This document shows, in pieces, positions 24,201-36,210 of a stretch of DNA of 64,000 nucleotides; positions within the stretch are counted from its first letter, which is position 1; the number at the start of each line of letters is the position of its first letter. Source of the stretch: Podarcis vaucheri (taxonomy: Eukaryota); assembly GCA_965113315.1 (NCBI GenBank), contig OZ220369.1. One strand, given 5' to 3'. Position numbers and translations under genes: made by a program. The notes beneath the pieces are model-generated. The model was not told the origin of the DNA and did no database searches. It saw nothing but the letters and a program-made list of their open reading frames with translations.

Positions 24201-27200
24201 CCATGGAGAAGTTATTTTTGCAAATAAATTTCCTGAACATGTAATGTAACTTCTCAGTGAGACTGAAATACCCAAATAAAAAATGATAATGTTTTGCACA
24301 CCCCTCCAAATGCCCAACAAAAATACCACAGAAGACTATTGATGACTGCATGTCAGTAAGATGAACAAGAAGAAAGGTCCATTTGTCACCTGAAAAAGCT
24401 CTACCAGATGACTCACTATGCATGCAACCCCAACCGAGAAGCAGGGGAAAGATTTCTTCAATATCATAAAGGACTTTTGCCACTTCTTACAAGATGACTG
24501 TAACATGATTGTTGTTCTCCCAGGACTATCAGTATTGGAGATCTGTCAGCTCACCCGAGGGGTCTTGAAGAAGCAGGGTAGTCAGTACATCAGTAAAATC
24601 TTCAGTTCCCTTCACTTGATTTCATATTGTATATCCATACAAAAATTGGAAGTATTTGGGACAAAATTATCTGGGAAAGGAGACTACCCTTGCAGATAAT
24701 TCTGACATCGCTTCCAGGCTTAGGGCAAGAAAGTATGGGCAGAGTGAAACAGGTGCTTCACGTTAGAGGTTTGTCAAAACAAAGATGGGGAAGCTGTTTT
24801 TGTTGCAGTCTGCATTTTCATTTGATCTCAGTCCTAGTACATACCCATATGTTATCAAGCTCTGGCAACCTGCAGTGCATCAGTTCTATACCAGCAGAAA
24901 AACACCACTTTTCCACAAAGCCTTGCCAGGCCACTGCCCTTCATTACCATTCCATTGCCAAACAACTTTTGCATGCTTCTGAAGGGCAGAAACATTTGAT
25001 GGGAGTCACCTGCAGAGCTCCCAGTCTGGGAGAGTGCTGGGGATGTGGAGAGCCTGCCGGACTTCATCCTGGTTCAGCCACATATACATAGCGGTGGCAT
25101 TTATACAATGTGGCACTCCTGGGATAGAGCCAATTTTCTGAAAGTGAAAGCAAGGAGAAGGCAAGATGAGGTTGAATTATTCTGGGGAAAGCTGGTGCAA
25201 GATAACAGCACCTTGCTTTGCCAGACCCAAGCCTGATTCAGCAAGTGGCCCATAGTTCATTTATAAATGGATGAATCATGCCTTCCCAGCATAAACTTTT
25301 GGGAATAAATTTCCATACTGAATATTAATGCTTAAGAAAGCATTTTTTGGGTTGTTTTTTTTAAATTTGCCAAATTCACAGAATCGCTAGAGCCACCTGA
25401 GTGAAGTGTAAATTTGATGAAGATAGCCTAGCAACTCACTGGCACTGGAACATCAAACTGGTAGTGGTGGAAGAGGCTCGAGAAATCAGCTTCATAACGC
25501 TCCTGGTAGTGTGCTCCTCCCCAGCAAGATGCGTAGAGGTTGTACACGTTGAGGCCAATTCCATAAAGAATTCCATAGGCTTGTGATATCTTGAGGATGG
25601 GAACAGGGAAGAAGAGGATAGAAGAGTTAGCTACGCTCTGAGTTTATGTGCAGAAAGAGAAGAAAGGAAACAGATGTGTGGAATTCGGTAATATTTATAG
25701 CCTTTGAGGGTCATCAGTTTATTTTTATGGGTTTATTATCAAATTTATATCTTGCCCTTCTGCCCAAAGTAGCCCAGGGCAGCTAACAACAAAGCGATAA
25801 AACATATTCCAAAATCTTAAAAACAATTCCAATACAGATGCAGACTGGGGTAAAGATAGCCACTGAAAAGACAAGAGATTGCAGCTGTGTAATATTCAAG
25901 GGAAGGGGATCCCCAAGGGTAGGTGCCCCAACACTAAGGATCTGATTACTACATTGTGCAGAATGGACCTCATTATAAGCCGGTACCTGCAGGCAGCCTT
26001 CACCTACAGAGCACTATGGGGTGGGATTATCAGGAATCCTAGTTCCAATGTGTATAGGGATTTATGCACCAAAACCAGCACATTGAACTTAGCCCAGTAA
26101 CTAATTAGCACCCATTGCAATTATTTCAACGGTGTGGTAACATGTTGGCAATATCCTAATGCTGTTCAGAGAATTTGGTGTAGTAGGTGCTATGGGCACA
26201 AAAGAGGGCAAAGACATTTCCAGAAGACTTTACCAGTTCAGGCCAAAACACTTTACCAGTTCAGGCCAAAACACATTATTGCATAACAGTTAGAACATTC
26301 TAGTTTGTGGCCAGGTGCAAATGGAGTTTGCAAAGTGCACACTACATGAGTTAGTATCAAGGATTTTCAGACCAGGCACTCACTGCTGTGATACAATCAC
26401 TGTTCATGTTGCTGGAGAAGTTGCAAGTTCCTTCATCACAGCAGTTTTCATTCAAGGAGGCCCACAAGCTGTAAGGCAGGAGAGAAGGAGGTGGAGTGTC
26501 AGGTAGAGGGAAGCTTATTCATTTTTATTCAGTCATTAAATTTGTATACCACCCTTCACTCAAAGATCACAGGGTGGTTCACAACTTAGAAGCACAAAGT
26601 GTGTGTGTGCGTGCACACACACCGGCTCCCCTGCCCAACAAAGAACAGAAAGTTCAAACAATGTTGACAGATATCTGTCCTGTGTTCCCTGGAGATGTCA
26701 ACAACCTCCCTGACTATTCTGCCTACAGTTTGTGCAAGTTAAGTTTTTCTTTCTGTCCTCTCTTCAGTGGAGATAATTGCTAGTTTTATTCACTGAATGA
26801 AGGACAGGAAACAACGGCTTCCCCTTATTTAGCACACCTTTGACTCACTTGCCATCCAACCACCTTGCTTGCCAGTTTCTTGTTTCTGATGTACTCAGTG
26901 TTAACATGATAAGAGCAAGACCCTTTACTACAGTCTCCGCTCTCCTTTTTTGCTTCTGATTTGATCTGGCAAATGGAGAAAGCGAGGACAAATCTTTTAG
27001 AGGCCAGATGTGCTACCAGTTGTTGACTTGTATGGCGGGAGATTTACCTGTGGCCACTTGCTGACCCAACTCCCCTTGTCCTCTTCTGTACTCACTCATC
27101 TCCAAACACTCCATGGTAGTAGGCAAATTCCATCAGTGTCTCGTCGTTGAGGAAATAGCTCAGCATGCCATTGCCAACCCCAAATCCCTGAGGAATCAGA

Positions 27201-30200
27201 TAACAGAAGATCATGCCAAGAAAGGAGTTGTATGAAATTGGATGATGGGATAGTTAGTTGAAAGGCTATAATTAGAACCAGGCCTGATGCCAGGTTTGAA
27301 GATAGCAGGCAAAGGAACTGTAGTGACTAGTGCCTCATGAGATACAGCTCAACTGGATGTGGGGCAATGGCACCGGACATTCAAAGGCAGCTATCAAGCA
27401 AGGCCTTCAAAGTGGATCCACCTCCCCACTTGGAGAGAGGCCTTCAGGGCTTGTTGTCATCAGGGCAAAGTCTGCATTAGTGGCTGCTGCTTTTGGGTTG
27501 GCAGTGCTCACACATTGCCCCTAAATGTGCCATTTGGCCTACATGGAAGATCTTAACTCTCCTGGTTTTCCAGTGACTCTGCTTCCTGTAGCGCGATTGT
27601 GTTTACCTTCAGGTTAATGCCTGCTGATCCTTCCGCAATCTTGGCAGTGAGAGTGGGGACATAGATTCCACCATAACTTTCCCCAAAGACATAAAATTCG
27701 TTGTTTGCAAAGTCTGGAAATTTAGCAAAGAAACTCTGGAGAGCCTGGTAGTTGTCCTCAGCTACCTGAAGTAGGGAGAAATTTTGATCCACCACTTAGC
27801 TTTGGTGCAAATCATAGGACAGAGTTTGATGTGCATATCATGTGCGGCTGCATTTAGAAACACACTCCTGGCATTATCTTCCCCCACCCCACCCCTCTGC
27901 TCCTCATCCGTCAGGAGTATATGACAGAAGTCTTGATTTGGCTCAGTGAACAGCCAAATAAAGACTTCTCCTACCTGTAAGGCAAATGGATTCTGTCCCA
28001 ACAATACTTACAAACTTTGTGAGCTGATCCCTCACAGCCCAGGCAGCTGTGTAGGAAGTCTATATTGCCTCTGGATAGAAGCATGCCATACATTTAAGGC
28101 ACAGCCAATGCACATTTACAACACATGGCTCCCCCAAAGAATGTTGATAATTGTAGTTTCTTTCTCAAAGAGATGCAGTTCCCAGTGCCCTTAGCAAACT
28201 ACAATTCCCAGGATTCTTGAGGGGAAGTCGTATGGTTTACGTAAATGTGCACTGGCACTTTTAAATCTGTGACTGAGGTCCAGCTCAGAGGGCCTTCTGG
28301 CAATTCCCTCATTATGAAAAAGTGAAGTTACAGGGAGCCAGGCAGAGAGCCTTTTTGGTAGTGGAACATTCTCCCATCATATGTCAAAGATATAAACGAT
28401 TATATGACTTTCTGTAGACATCTGAAGCCAGCCCTGTATTGGGAAGCTTTTAATGTCTGATGTATCACATGTTATTTTATACTCTGTTGGAAGCTGCCCA
28501 GAGTGACTGAAGCAACCCAGTCAGTTGGGTGGAGTACAAATTAACGATGATGATGATGTATAGTGTGGTTCTGCCCTATATTACTGCCACAGGACTGACA
28601 ACCTTCCCCGATCAGCTGCTACCATCACCATTCCAATTATTGCCCCACCCACCACTGGCATGTGATATGCCTCACCCCCGGTTTGTTTCCTTAGGCCAGG
28701 AACGAACAGCAAGTGACCTACCTGGCTGTCATTGATAGGGCTGTCTTCTGTGGCATAAGAATAGCCAACTCCAGCCGGAGATTCCATGTAAAGCACGTTG
28801 GCTACCTTGTTCCAGCTGTTGGGGTTCAGGTAGAGTGTTGCATCATCATTCAGCTACACAAAACCATGAGGCAGACAAAGAGAGTTACTTTGGGCATGTG
28901 AGGTATTTGCAGCACGCTGTTCACTAAATCTTCCATATCAATTGCCTCCAAGCACAGTCTCAGATTCCCAGTCCTTGAGAAATCAGGCATCTGTGAGTTG
29001 GTCTGGGCATTATTGCAGGGTTGCTATACATCCAGATTCTCCCGGACACAAACAGAATACTGCAGTCAGCAGAAGTGTCCAGGCGGAAATTGGGCAAATG
29101 TATGAGAAAATCCCTAAAAGCTCAACAACTTTGGGCAAAACTAAAACAACATAGAGCCCCTTTGCACCTGGCGCTGGTGATCTTACAGTAAGTAAATAAT
29201 GTTGCCTCTGCGCCTGTATAGAGCACCTTTCCCTCCTGACAGAATGATCCCAGGCAGCCTCCACAACTTTGAGATGAGATCAAGAGCTTCAGGCCCAGTT
29301 GAGCCCCAACTGCCTGATCCACAACCCCTTCCTTGTCCTATGTTTCTCTCCTTTCCCATCAGCATACAGAGCGGCCACAGACTCACATGGAAAGGTCCAT
29401 TCTCAGCCAGGAGGCCTTCCATGGAACTACAGCCTGGTCCCCCATTTAGCCAGAGCACCACGGGGTCAGTCGCTGGGTTGCCCTGAGACTCCACAAACCT
29501 GTCAGGATAGAAAGGGAGAGAGCAAACACCCTGATGGATACGTTTAGAGGAGGCCTAAAGAATGGAGACCCGAGGAAGATACCTGATGCAGTAGCAGACT
29601 TTGGGCTCTCAAATTTCAGTGGCGCCCTGTGTGACACTAATATTTGGTGCAATCTCGCCTCTTATGCTTTGTTCTACAGCATTGTTTTGGTGAACCCTGC
29701 AGTGTGGCACCCAGTGTGACTGCTCTGGTTGTGCCACCCGAAAACTGCCTCTGCCTGATGTTGTAGCAGTCTTACAGCTAAGCATGCCTGTGCTGAGTGA
29801 GGGGCTGCATTGGGAACATGGAACAGGGGCATAATCATTGGGGGTGTAAATAAATGTGGTGTTAGCTGTGGGACTAGTGGGGCAGAAGGCAGAGAGGTTA
29901 ATGGTAGGCAGAGAGAGGTGGAGCCACAGCCAGCAACAGGCAGAGCCAGAAAATTTTGTCCCCATCTTCCTCCCAAGTGAGTTCTACAAGATCAACCCTG
30001 AGACTGAGGAAGAGGAAGGTGGCAAGCAGGGCCACTCCCTGGGCCCGTTGTAAATCATAAGGCAAGCAGTTGTGACATGGCTAGGGCTGTGCTTCATTTA
30101 CGCTAGTGAACCAACCCCCACTGAATCAACGTTTTCCTCCATGCAGCTACCCTATGGGCAGGAATCCAGGAGAGAGGCAGGCAAGGAACTACAACATACA

Positions 30201-31093
30201 ACATGGCAGCCTGCTCCTCCTGGACCTGCCTCCCTCCTGCCCCCCCCCCTGCAGGGACATGGATCACCACCAGAAATGAAACAGCTTCTGTTCACATAGT
30301 GGTCTTATTGTTATTGCACTTTGACTTTATTTGTCAGCTGCTTTGGGGGGAATTTGTGCCTGTAAAGGGAAGACACAAATTACTATAATCCATCAATCAA
30401 ACTAAGCAACCAATTTATTCTTAGGCTGCTCCACACAGCTAGTTCCAGGGCAGTAGAGAAGCATAAACGCTTCTGTAAGCTGCGGCTCATCCAGAACATC
30501 TTGGCAAAGGCAGTTTCAACAAATGGTTAGCAAGAGCAGAAGGACATCAGAAGAGCCTGCTGGATCACGCCCAAGGGGGCCCTTCTAGTCCAGCATCCTG
30601 CTCTCACAGGGGCCAACCAGATGCCCCCAAGGAAAACCTGCAGACAACACCCAAACACAAGAGTGCTCTGCCCTCCTGCACATTCCACCAACTGGCATTC
30701 AGAAGTGTTGCTGCTGCTGCCAATGGTGGAAGTCCATGAAGCAGCTGTTGCTTGGATGTTAGCAATGTGTCATGGCCAGGATTAGCTTTTTAGCTCTTAA
30801 TGAGCAAGTGGAAGCATGCATAGGTCGGCCAGCACATACCCAAAAGCAATGAACAGTTCAGTGAAGAGGAGACATGAATATTAACTCAATCTCTCTCTCT
30901 CTCTCTCTCTCTCTGCTTACCAGTAATGGAAGTATTGGCCAGATCCTGCCTGGAGATAGCCGGACCATTGCTGGAAGGTTGGCATCTCAGACAGTCCTGG
31001 CAGGGAAGTGATGAGATCCAGAGAGGCATCTGTCCCTGAGCAGAGGCAAAAGGAGGCACTGAAGACGACACACAACCTGAACAAGAGGTGCAT
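21196..31093 (-). CDS. Cathepsin A-like serine carboxypeptidase (lysosomal protective protein-like, peptidase S10), 11 exons, 456 aa; paralog of CTSA
   Basis: join(complement): 30921-31093, 29387-29498, 28722-28853, 27607-27765, 27096-27187, 26384-26468, 25440-25589, 25010-25137, 23370-23532, 22940-23029, 21196-21282 = 1371 nt, open frame, all GT-AG. Motifs: signal peptide, [26 protein letters not shown] (Ser), YNGDVDMAC (Asp), GAGHMVP (His). Confidence 0.95.
22940..23029 (-). CDS. CTSA-like exon 10 (90 bp)
   Basis: [30 protein letters not shown]. Confidence 0.93.
23370..23532 (-). CDS. CTSA-like exon 9 (163 bp), catalytic Asp
   Basis: [54 protein letters not shown]. Confidence 0.93.
25010..25137 (-). 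CDS. CTSA-like exon 8 (128 bp)
   Basis: [42 protein letters not shown]. Confidence 0.9.
25440..25589 (-). CDS. CTSA-like exon 7 (150 bp)
   Basis: [50 protein letters not shown]. Confidence 0.9.
26227..26272. repeat. 23-bp tandem duplication
   Basis: ACTTTACCAGTTCAGGCCAAAAC x2, perfect. Confidence 0.9.
26384..26468 (-). CDS. CTSA-like exon 6 (85 bp)
   Basis: [28 protein letters not shown] (conserved CC..C..C pattern). Confidence 0.92.
27096..27187 (-). CDS. CTSA-like exon 5 (92 bp)
   Basis: [30 protein letters not shown]. Confidence 0.93.
27607..27765 (-). CDS. CTSA-like exon 4 (159 bp), catalytic Ser
   Basis: [53 protein letters not shown]. Confidence 0.94.
28280..28558 (+). mobile_element. 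L2-like LINE 3' end with (GAT)n tail
   Basis: GAGAGCCTTTTTGGTAGTGG...GAAGCTGCCCAGAGTG...GGGTGGAGTACAAAT(GAT)n; a related 3' end is on the minus strand at ~9490-9597. Confidence 0.55.
28722..28853 (-). CDS. CTSA-like exon 3 (132 bp)
   Basis: [44 protein letters not shown]. Confidence 0.93.
29387..29498 (-). CDS. CTSA-like exon 2 (112 bp)
   Basis: [37 protein letters not shown]. Confidence 0.94.
30890..30914. repeat. (CT)n microsatellite
   Basis: About 12 units, adjacent to the CTSA-like exon 1 donor. Confidence 0.95.
30921..31093 (-). CDS. CTSA-like exon 1
   Basis: ACCATGC start; [20 protein letters not shown] (signal peptide) ...LPGL...[16 protein letters not shown]|gtaagc. Confidence 0.9.
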
Positions 31094-31143
31094 GGTGCTG
31101 TTTTGGCACAGGCTGCCATAGAGTGGGGGAGTTGCAGGGCACC

Positions 31144-31149
31144 TTATAT
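31144..31149 (-). promoter_or_regulatory. Putative TATA box of the CTSA-like gene
   Basis: GATATAAGG on the minus strand ~50 nt upstream of the ATG at 31093; no CpG island here. Confidence 0.55.
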
Positions 31150-33623
31150 CATGCTCGGCCTGTGTACTCTGACAACAAGCCAACAGCATAATCTTGCTTC
31201 TTGATTACTAGAGATAATGGGAAGGTGGGCAGCGTGGCTCAATGTACCAGCAAAACACAAGCCAGGCTTCTATGGAAGGAAATGTCACTTTGAAATGTCA
31301 CCTTCACTTTATTTAGCCTAACAAGACTTCAGATTAGATTGACCAATTTGGCTAAGTCTCTGGCTTCAAGGTAAATTATGATCAATCTTTTCCAAGAATT
31401 GGTACTGATACGGTTGAGGGACACTTCCTTAATGGAATCTCTCAAAATCTGAGAAGCAGAAATATTTAGGCATAGGCCCGGACTTAGGTTTGATGAGGCC
31501 CTAAGCTACTGAAGATAATGGGGCCCTTTATATGTGATATTTTAGGGAGCAGGCTAGCAGGCGGGGCCTATTACTTACATCATAGGAGCCTACACAACAC
31601 AAAACACTGTTGCTGTATGTAGGTTTTATTTATTTTTTTTAATCCTTGGATTAGCTCTTTTTCAAACCTAGGTCTCCCAGACATTTGGGGAAAAAAATGG
31701 ATAACCAACTAAGGATAACAAACTATTTCATTTGGACAGGTAAGAAAAGCTTAGATGTAGAAATAATACAGTACTGTAAGCTGTTGCTCAGTGACAAAAA
31801 AACAGCACAGTGATGTATGAGTCCCCCAATCTGAAACTTTTCTTTGATGAAGTGTATCAACAACCACTGCTGATTCACTTACAGAAAGACTTGAATCTTT
31901 ACTGGATCAATAGAGATAGACTGAATTATAGAATAGTGAATTACCTCTGGTTCTAGTAGCCTTAAAAACCAGCACTTAATTCAGAAATGGTAATTAGCCA
32001 CTTAAAAGCTGGGTCCAGCACCTCCATTATGTCAGTGCTCTTCTATTCCAACTTCACAACTATCTTAGCTAAAACCTGATGCATCACCTGGAAAAGTAAG
32101 GGTACAAGACACTTGGGTGATCTCATCTGTTGGAAGTTGGTATATCGGATCTCTAGCAGACTTAAGTAACAAGTTTGAAAAATTAGGTGGTTTTATTCAT
32201 AACCCAGCTGAATTTCACTTCTCCATCAGGAGTCAAGCTTTTCCAAAATATAAGGTACCCTTTCAGTTATGTGGAGCACATCACCTGAGACCGGCTTCTG
32301 ACTGTATGAAGAGATCCCGTTGAACAGTGCGGTCTTTGTGGTGGCCCAGGCTGATCTCCCTGGTAGATATGCATTGGCTCAATCCCACATGCTAACCGTC
32401 TCCTAAGTGTGTATGTGTGGGCCACCTCACAGGCTGGGTCCAGAGTTTCTAAAGTGCAAAACACGTCTTCTCAAAGTCATGGAAACTTTCCCTCCTGGCC
32501 TGAAATGCCCTCTTTTATTGATGTGGTGGATGCTGCAGACTGTGGCTGCCTTCTCCAGTTTGTTTCATCCAGCTGTGCCGGAAATATTTATATTTGAGGG
32601 TGGACTAGAACTTTTGGATGCCTGGAATCATGGTGTGCAAGCTTGAGATGGGCTGAAGACCAGCAGTCTGGTTCCCCCTCTCAGTAAGATGTTGCCCAGG
32701 TTGAGAGCTTAAATTCAGTCAGGAGTGCCAGGCTGGCTTGCCTGATGCCACCAGTCTGCCCAAGCCAGACAAATGATGGGCTATGGCACAAACACCCCAC
32801 TTGGAAGGAACCATCTGTAATTCACTCCTCTGAGAACCCACTTCCCTGAGGTGTCAATGGTGGATTCACAAATTTACCCATTCAAGCCTGGCAGGTGCTG
32901 GAAGGCACACAGATGAGGTTGCCCCTTATTGAACACAAGCTGGGTGCTTTGGGGTGACACCTGGTTTTCTACTCAGTCATATTCATTTCTCTCCAAATCC
33001 ATCAATTTGGGAAAGTGAATGCCATCTATCAAGTTATCTGATCCTTTGAGGGTCTTTGTGTACCTCTCAGTCCCTTCAAGAAAGTTCACCTGGATGAAAC
33101 TGAGGAACCCCTCTTCAAGTGGAAGTGAGACTCAGCAACACCTGCTCTTAATCAGCCCCACTTTTCACCTTTGGAATTTTCCCCCTCAGTGTGAGGTGGA
33201 ACAAACAAAAAAATACAGTACAGTAAGATAAAAATAGCAGTGACCCACACAAGCTCTAAGTAGGGTTTTCAAGGTTGCTGCCTCCTATTTTCCAGGCAAA
33301 ATATTTTCTATTGACTCAGCACATTTCCTGCCCTTGGAAAAGCTTGTTGCTAGTGCAGTTTGAGGCCAAGCAGATCCTACCAAAAAGGGTAGCACCAAAC
33401 AAGACACAAGTGAGGAATACAGCTGTGGTTTGAGACAGGTTTCTTGATGCAAATTATACAAATCTCACCATGGTGAATTTAAAGGACAGGGTCCTTTGTG
33501 GGAAGAGGAAATAAAAAATATAAAAATACGAGATGGGGAAGCTGCCCCCCCCCCAAGCCATTCACAAAAACTATTCCATGCACACCTCCAAACAAAGGTG
33601 ACTCTGTTGGCTCAAACTATGTA

Positions 33624-33833
33624 TAGTGGTACCTCTGGTTAAGTACTTAATTCGTTCCAGAGGTCTGCTCTTAACCTGAATCTGTTCTTAACCTGAAGCA
33701 CCACTTTAGCTAATGGGGCCTCCTGCTGCCGCTGCACCGCCAAAGCACGATTTCTGTTCTTATCCTGAAGCAAAGTTCTTAACCCAAGGTACTATTTCTG
33801 GGTTAGTGGAGTCTGTAACCTGAAGTACCACTG
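33624..33833. mobile_element. Tc1/mariner (Tigger-like) MITE
   Basis: TA|TAGTGGTACCTC ... GAAGTACCACTG|TA. Confidence 0.75.
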
Positions 33834-36107
33834 TACATGGCACTAAACCAAAGTCGTATACATAATAATGTTAATTTATTTAGACCATGGCAGCTCAATG
33901 GTATCCCCAATCTAGACACTCACCAGGAACAACTTAAAATCTAGGATGCTGGAAGAGAAAAATCCCCAAGTCGGCTTACATCTACACCACTGTAGTTGAC
34001 ACTGGCTGAGGATTTGCAACCCAAAACATCTGGAGGGCACCTGGTTGCGGAGCCTGAGAGGCCTGCTCCAGCTCTCACATTTTAGTAGCATTTCTGCTGG
34101 TGACTTTGACTGGTTTTATTTTTCTTTGTACTGACTTTCTAAACAGTGGTTCTTGTGATCATGACCCACAGAGTTCTATGCAGAAAGGCGGAACATAAAA
34201 ACAGATATGAAATTAAAGGGCCTGCAGCAAAGGATCTGGTTATGTATAGGAATATGTTATGCAAACATTAATCAAATGCAATTTGTTTCATAAAGATTAG
34301 ATAAACAGAACCTGTAAGGCAATGTTACCCTGCATGGATGGCCCACACCAGTTTCCCTAGTGCTGCCACTAGAAACTGTCTTCTCTCTCTCCACTTTCCA
34401 GATCTTGGAGAGGGGCAAAACTATTTTGCTCCAACTATGCTGCTTCACTCAATGAGCGAAAGAGAAGCTGGGAAGGGTTGCTCAATAGCTGGCAGTTTGA
34501 CAAAGAGATGGTTCCTGCAAGGAAGAAGGTGAAGGTGGGTAAGGGAGTTTTGGGTTTCTCTGTCCCGCTGCAGGAGAACCAAGCTATGAAGTCACCTAGA
34601 ACTGGATCTGCATTAATGGACAGGAATCAAAGCACAAGCAACCCATAAGTTGGAATTTTCCTTTTTAATTCTTATTTTCATTGTGACATTGTCCCATTAA
34701 AACCCAAACTTCACCACCACCACCCACCCTGGCACACAAGATTTTAAATGGGGGCTGGGAGGGTGTGTTGCACCTCCCCCCCCACAAAAAAATCTTCAAA
34801 ATTAGTGTATAATTGACATTGAGAGACTGGACTTTAGCCCCATCTGCCAGGACATAGAGACCTTCTAAAAATCTGCTTTGTAAACATCAGAACATGCTAC
34901 AAAATGCCACATTGGAACCAACAGATACGAATGGGATCCTGCAACAGAAGGTGTGGCCCTGAGATATTGCTGTACTAACAGAGCTCCCATCATCATCCCT
35001 GACACTTGGGCCTGGCTGGTTGCACAGGCCGATGAGAGCACCTGGGGGGCGGCTACAGGTTCCCCACACATGGCAAACCTGTGATACAGCCCCAGAATCT
35101 GGCATCAACTTAATCAAATGAAAACATAAAAGGAAATAGGTCTCTGACAACTGAGAACCAAATGAATACTGTGGGTTAAAACATGATTGGATGGAGCAGA
35201 GACACCGCCCAGCAAAGGAATAGAGTTTGTTCATGTGGCATCTGAATCTGGCGAATCTCACCAGAAAGGAGGGGAAGGAAGTAGTCAGGTGACAGGAAGG
35301 AAGGATCTGTGTGAATGTGATGCCAAGGAAATGCCCTCAAATGTAGTCAAATATTCCCTTTTCCAATGTACGTGTATCTAAAACTCAAGGATCTTTTCCC
35401 TCAGTTTTCATTTTCAAATATAAAAAGTAAAAGGATAGCAACAATATAAAAACGAATAACTTCCACAATAAGCACCAAGTCCACAGGCCAGCCTTTACCA
35501 ACAGGGTGCCTACCAAATGTTTCAGAGGGAAACTCCCATCTGTCCCAACATCATATGGCCGTACTAGCTGGGGCTGATGGGAGTTGTCATCCAAACCAGT
35601 CACCAGGCTGGGGAAGGCTGCCTTAAAGTAATTAAGCTGTAGTTCACACTGTGCAGTCATGTCATTATCAACCACATGACCTTTACTACATCACTGGTCA
35701 TGATACAAAGATGAGCCCCACGGGCACATAAATTTAGAGCAGAAGTTGTGTAGTGAATGGCCTGGGTCCTCTTACACAAGTGTGTGGAAGGCAAGGGCAA
35801 AAGGAGAGTCCTTTTTGAGAGCGATGTCCCAAAAGGCAAAGAGGAATTCAGTTTGTGTTCAGAGTGTGAAGCTGCATGCACAGCAAGTGGCCCTGTGGGG
35901 ACTTGACTGATCTATCAAGAATTAAATGGGAAAGAAAATGGAAATCAAAGTCTCGGAAGAGGCTCCCAACAAAACAAAACAGGAGTAGCATAATCACTGG
36001 GGGAGAGTGGAGGGAACGGCCGCCTCCTGCTGACACAAGACATCCCCAAATATTGGAATTCAAGAATCCAGAGGAGGAAAGGTACCCTCCGAGGGCAGTT
36101 GTAGGGA

Positions 36108-36210
36108 TCACTTCTTGAGATCCATAAAGATAGCGTTGGTAGTTGTCTGTCCAAAGATAAATGCGCCAAGGATAACCATGAAGACGCCGTAGCTCACCAT
36201 CGCCCACCAG
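36108..36210 (-). CDS. SLC38A7: SLC38A7 last coding exon
   Basis: [33 protein letters not shown]. Confidence 0.92.

Noticed and set aside
21196-31093. Labelling the peptidase with the symbol CTSA
   Set aside because: Synteny, exon structure and linker differ from canonical CTSA, so orthology is not supported and the symbol is left blank
32100-33200. Protein-like short frames between SLC38A7 and the CTSA-like gene (e.g. DVFCTLETLDPACEVAHTYTLRRRL; LEEGFLSFIQVNFLEGTERY)
   Set aside because: Multiple stops and no family I can recognise; could be a decayed pseudogene but unsupported without tblastx
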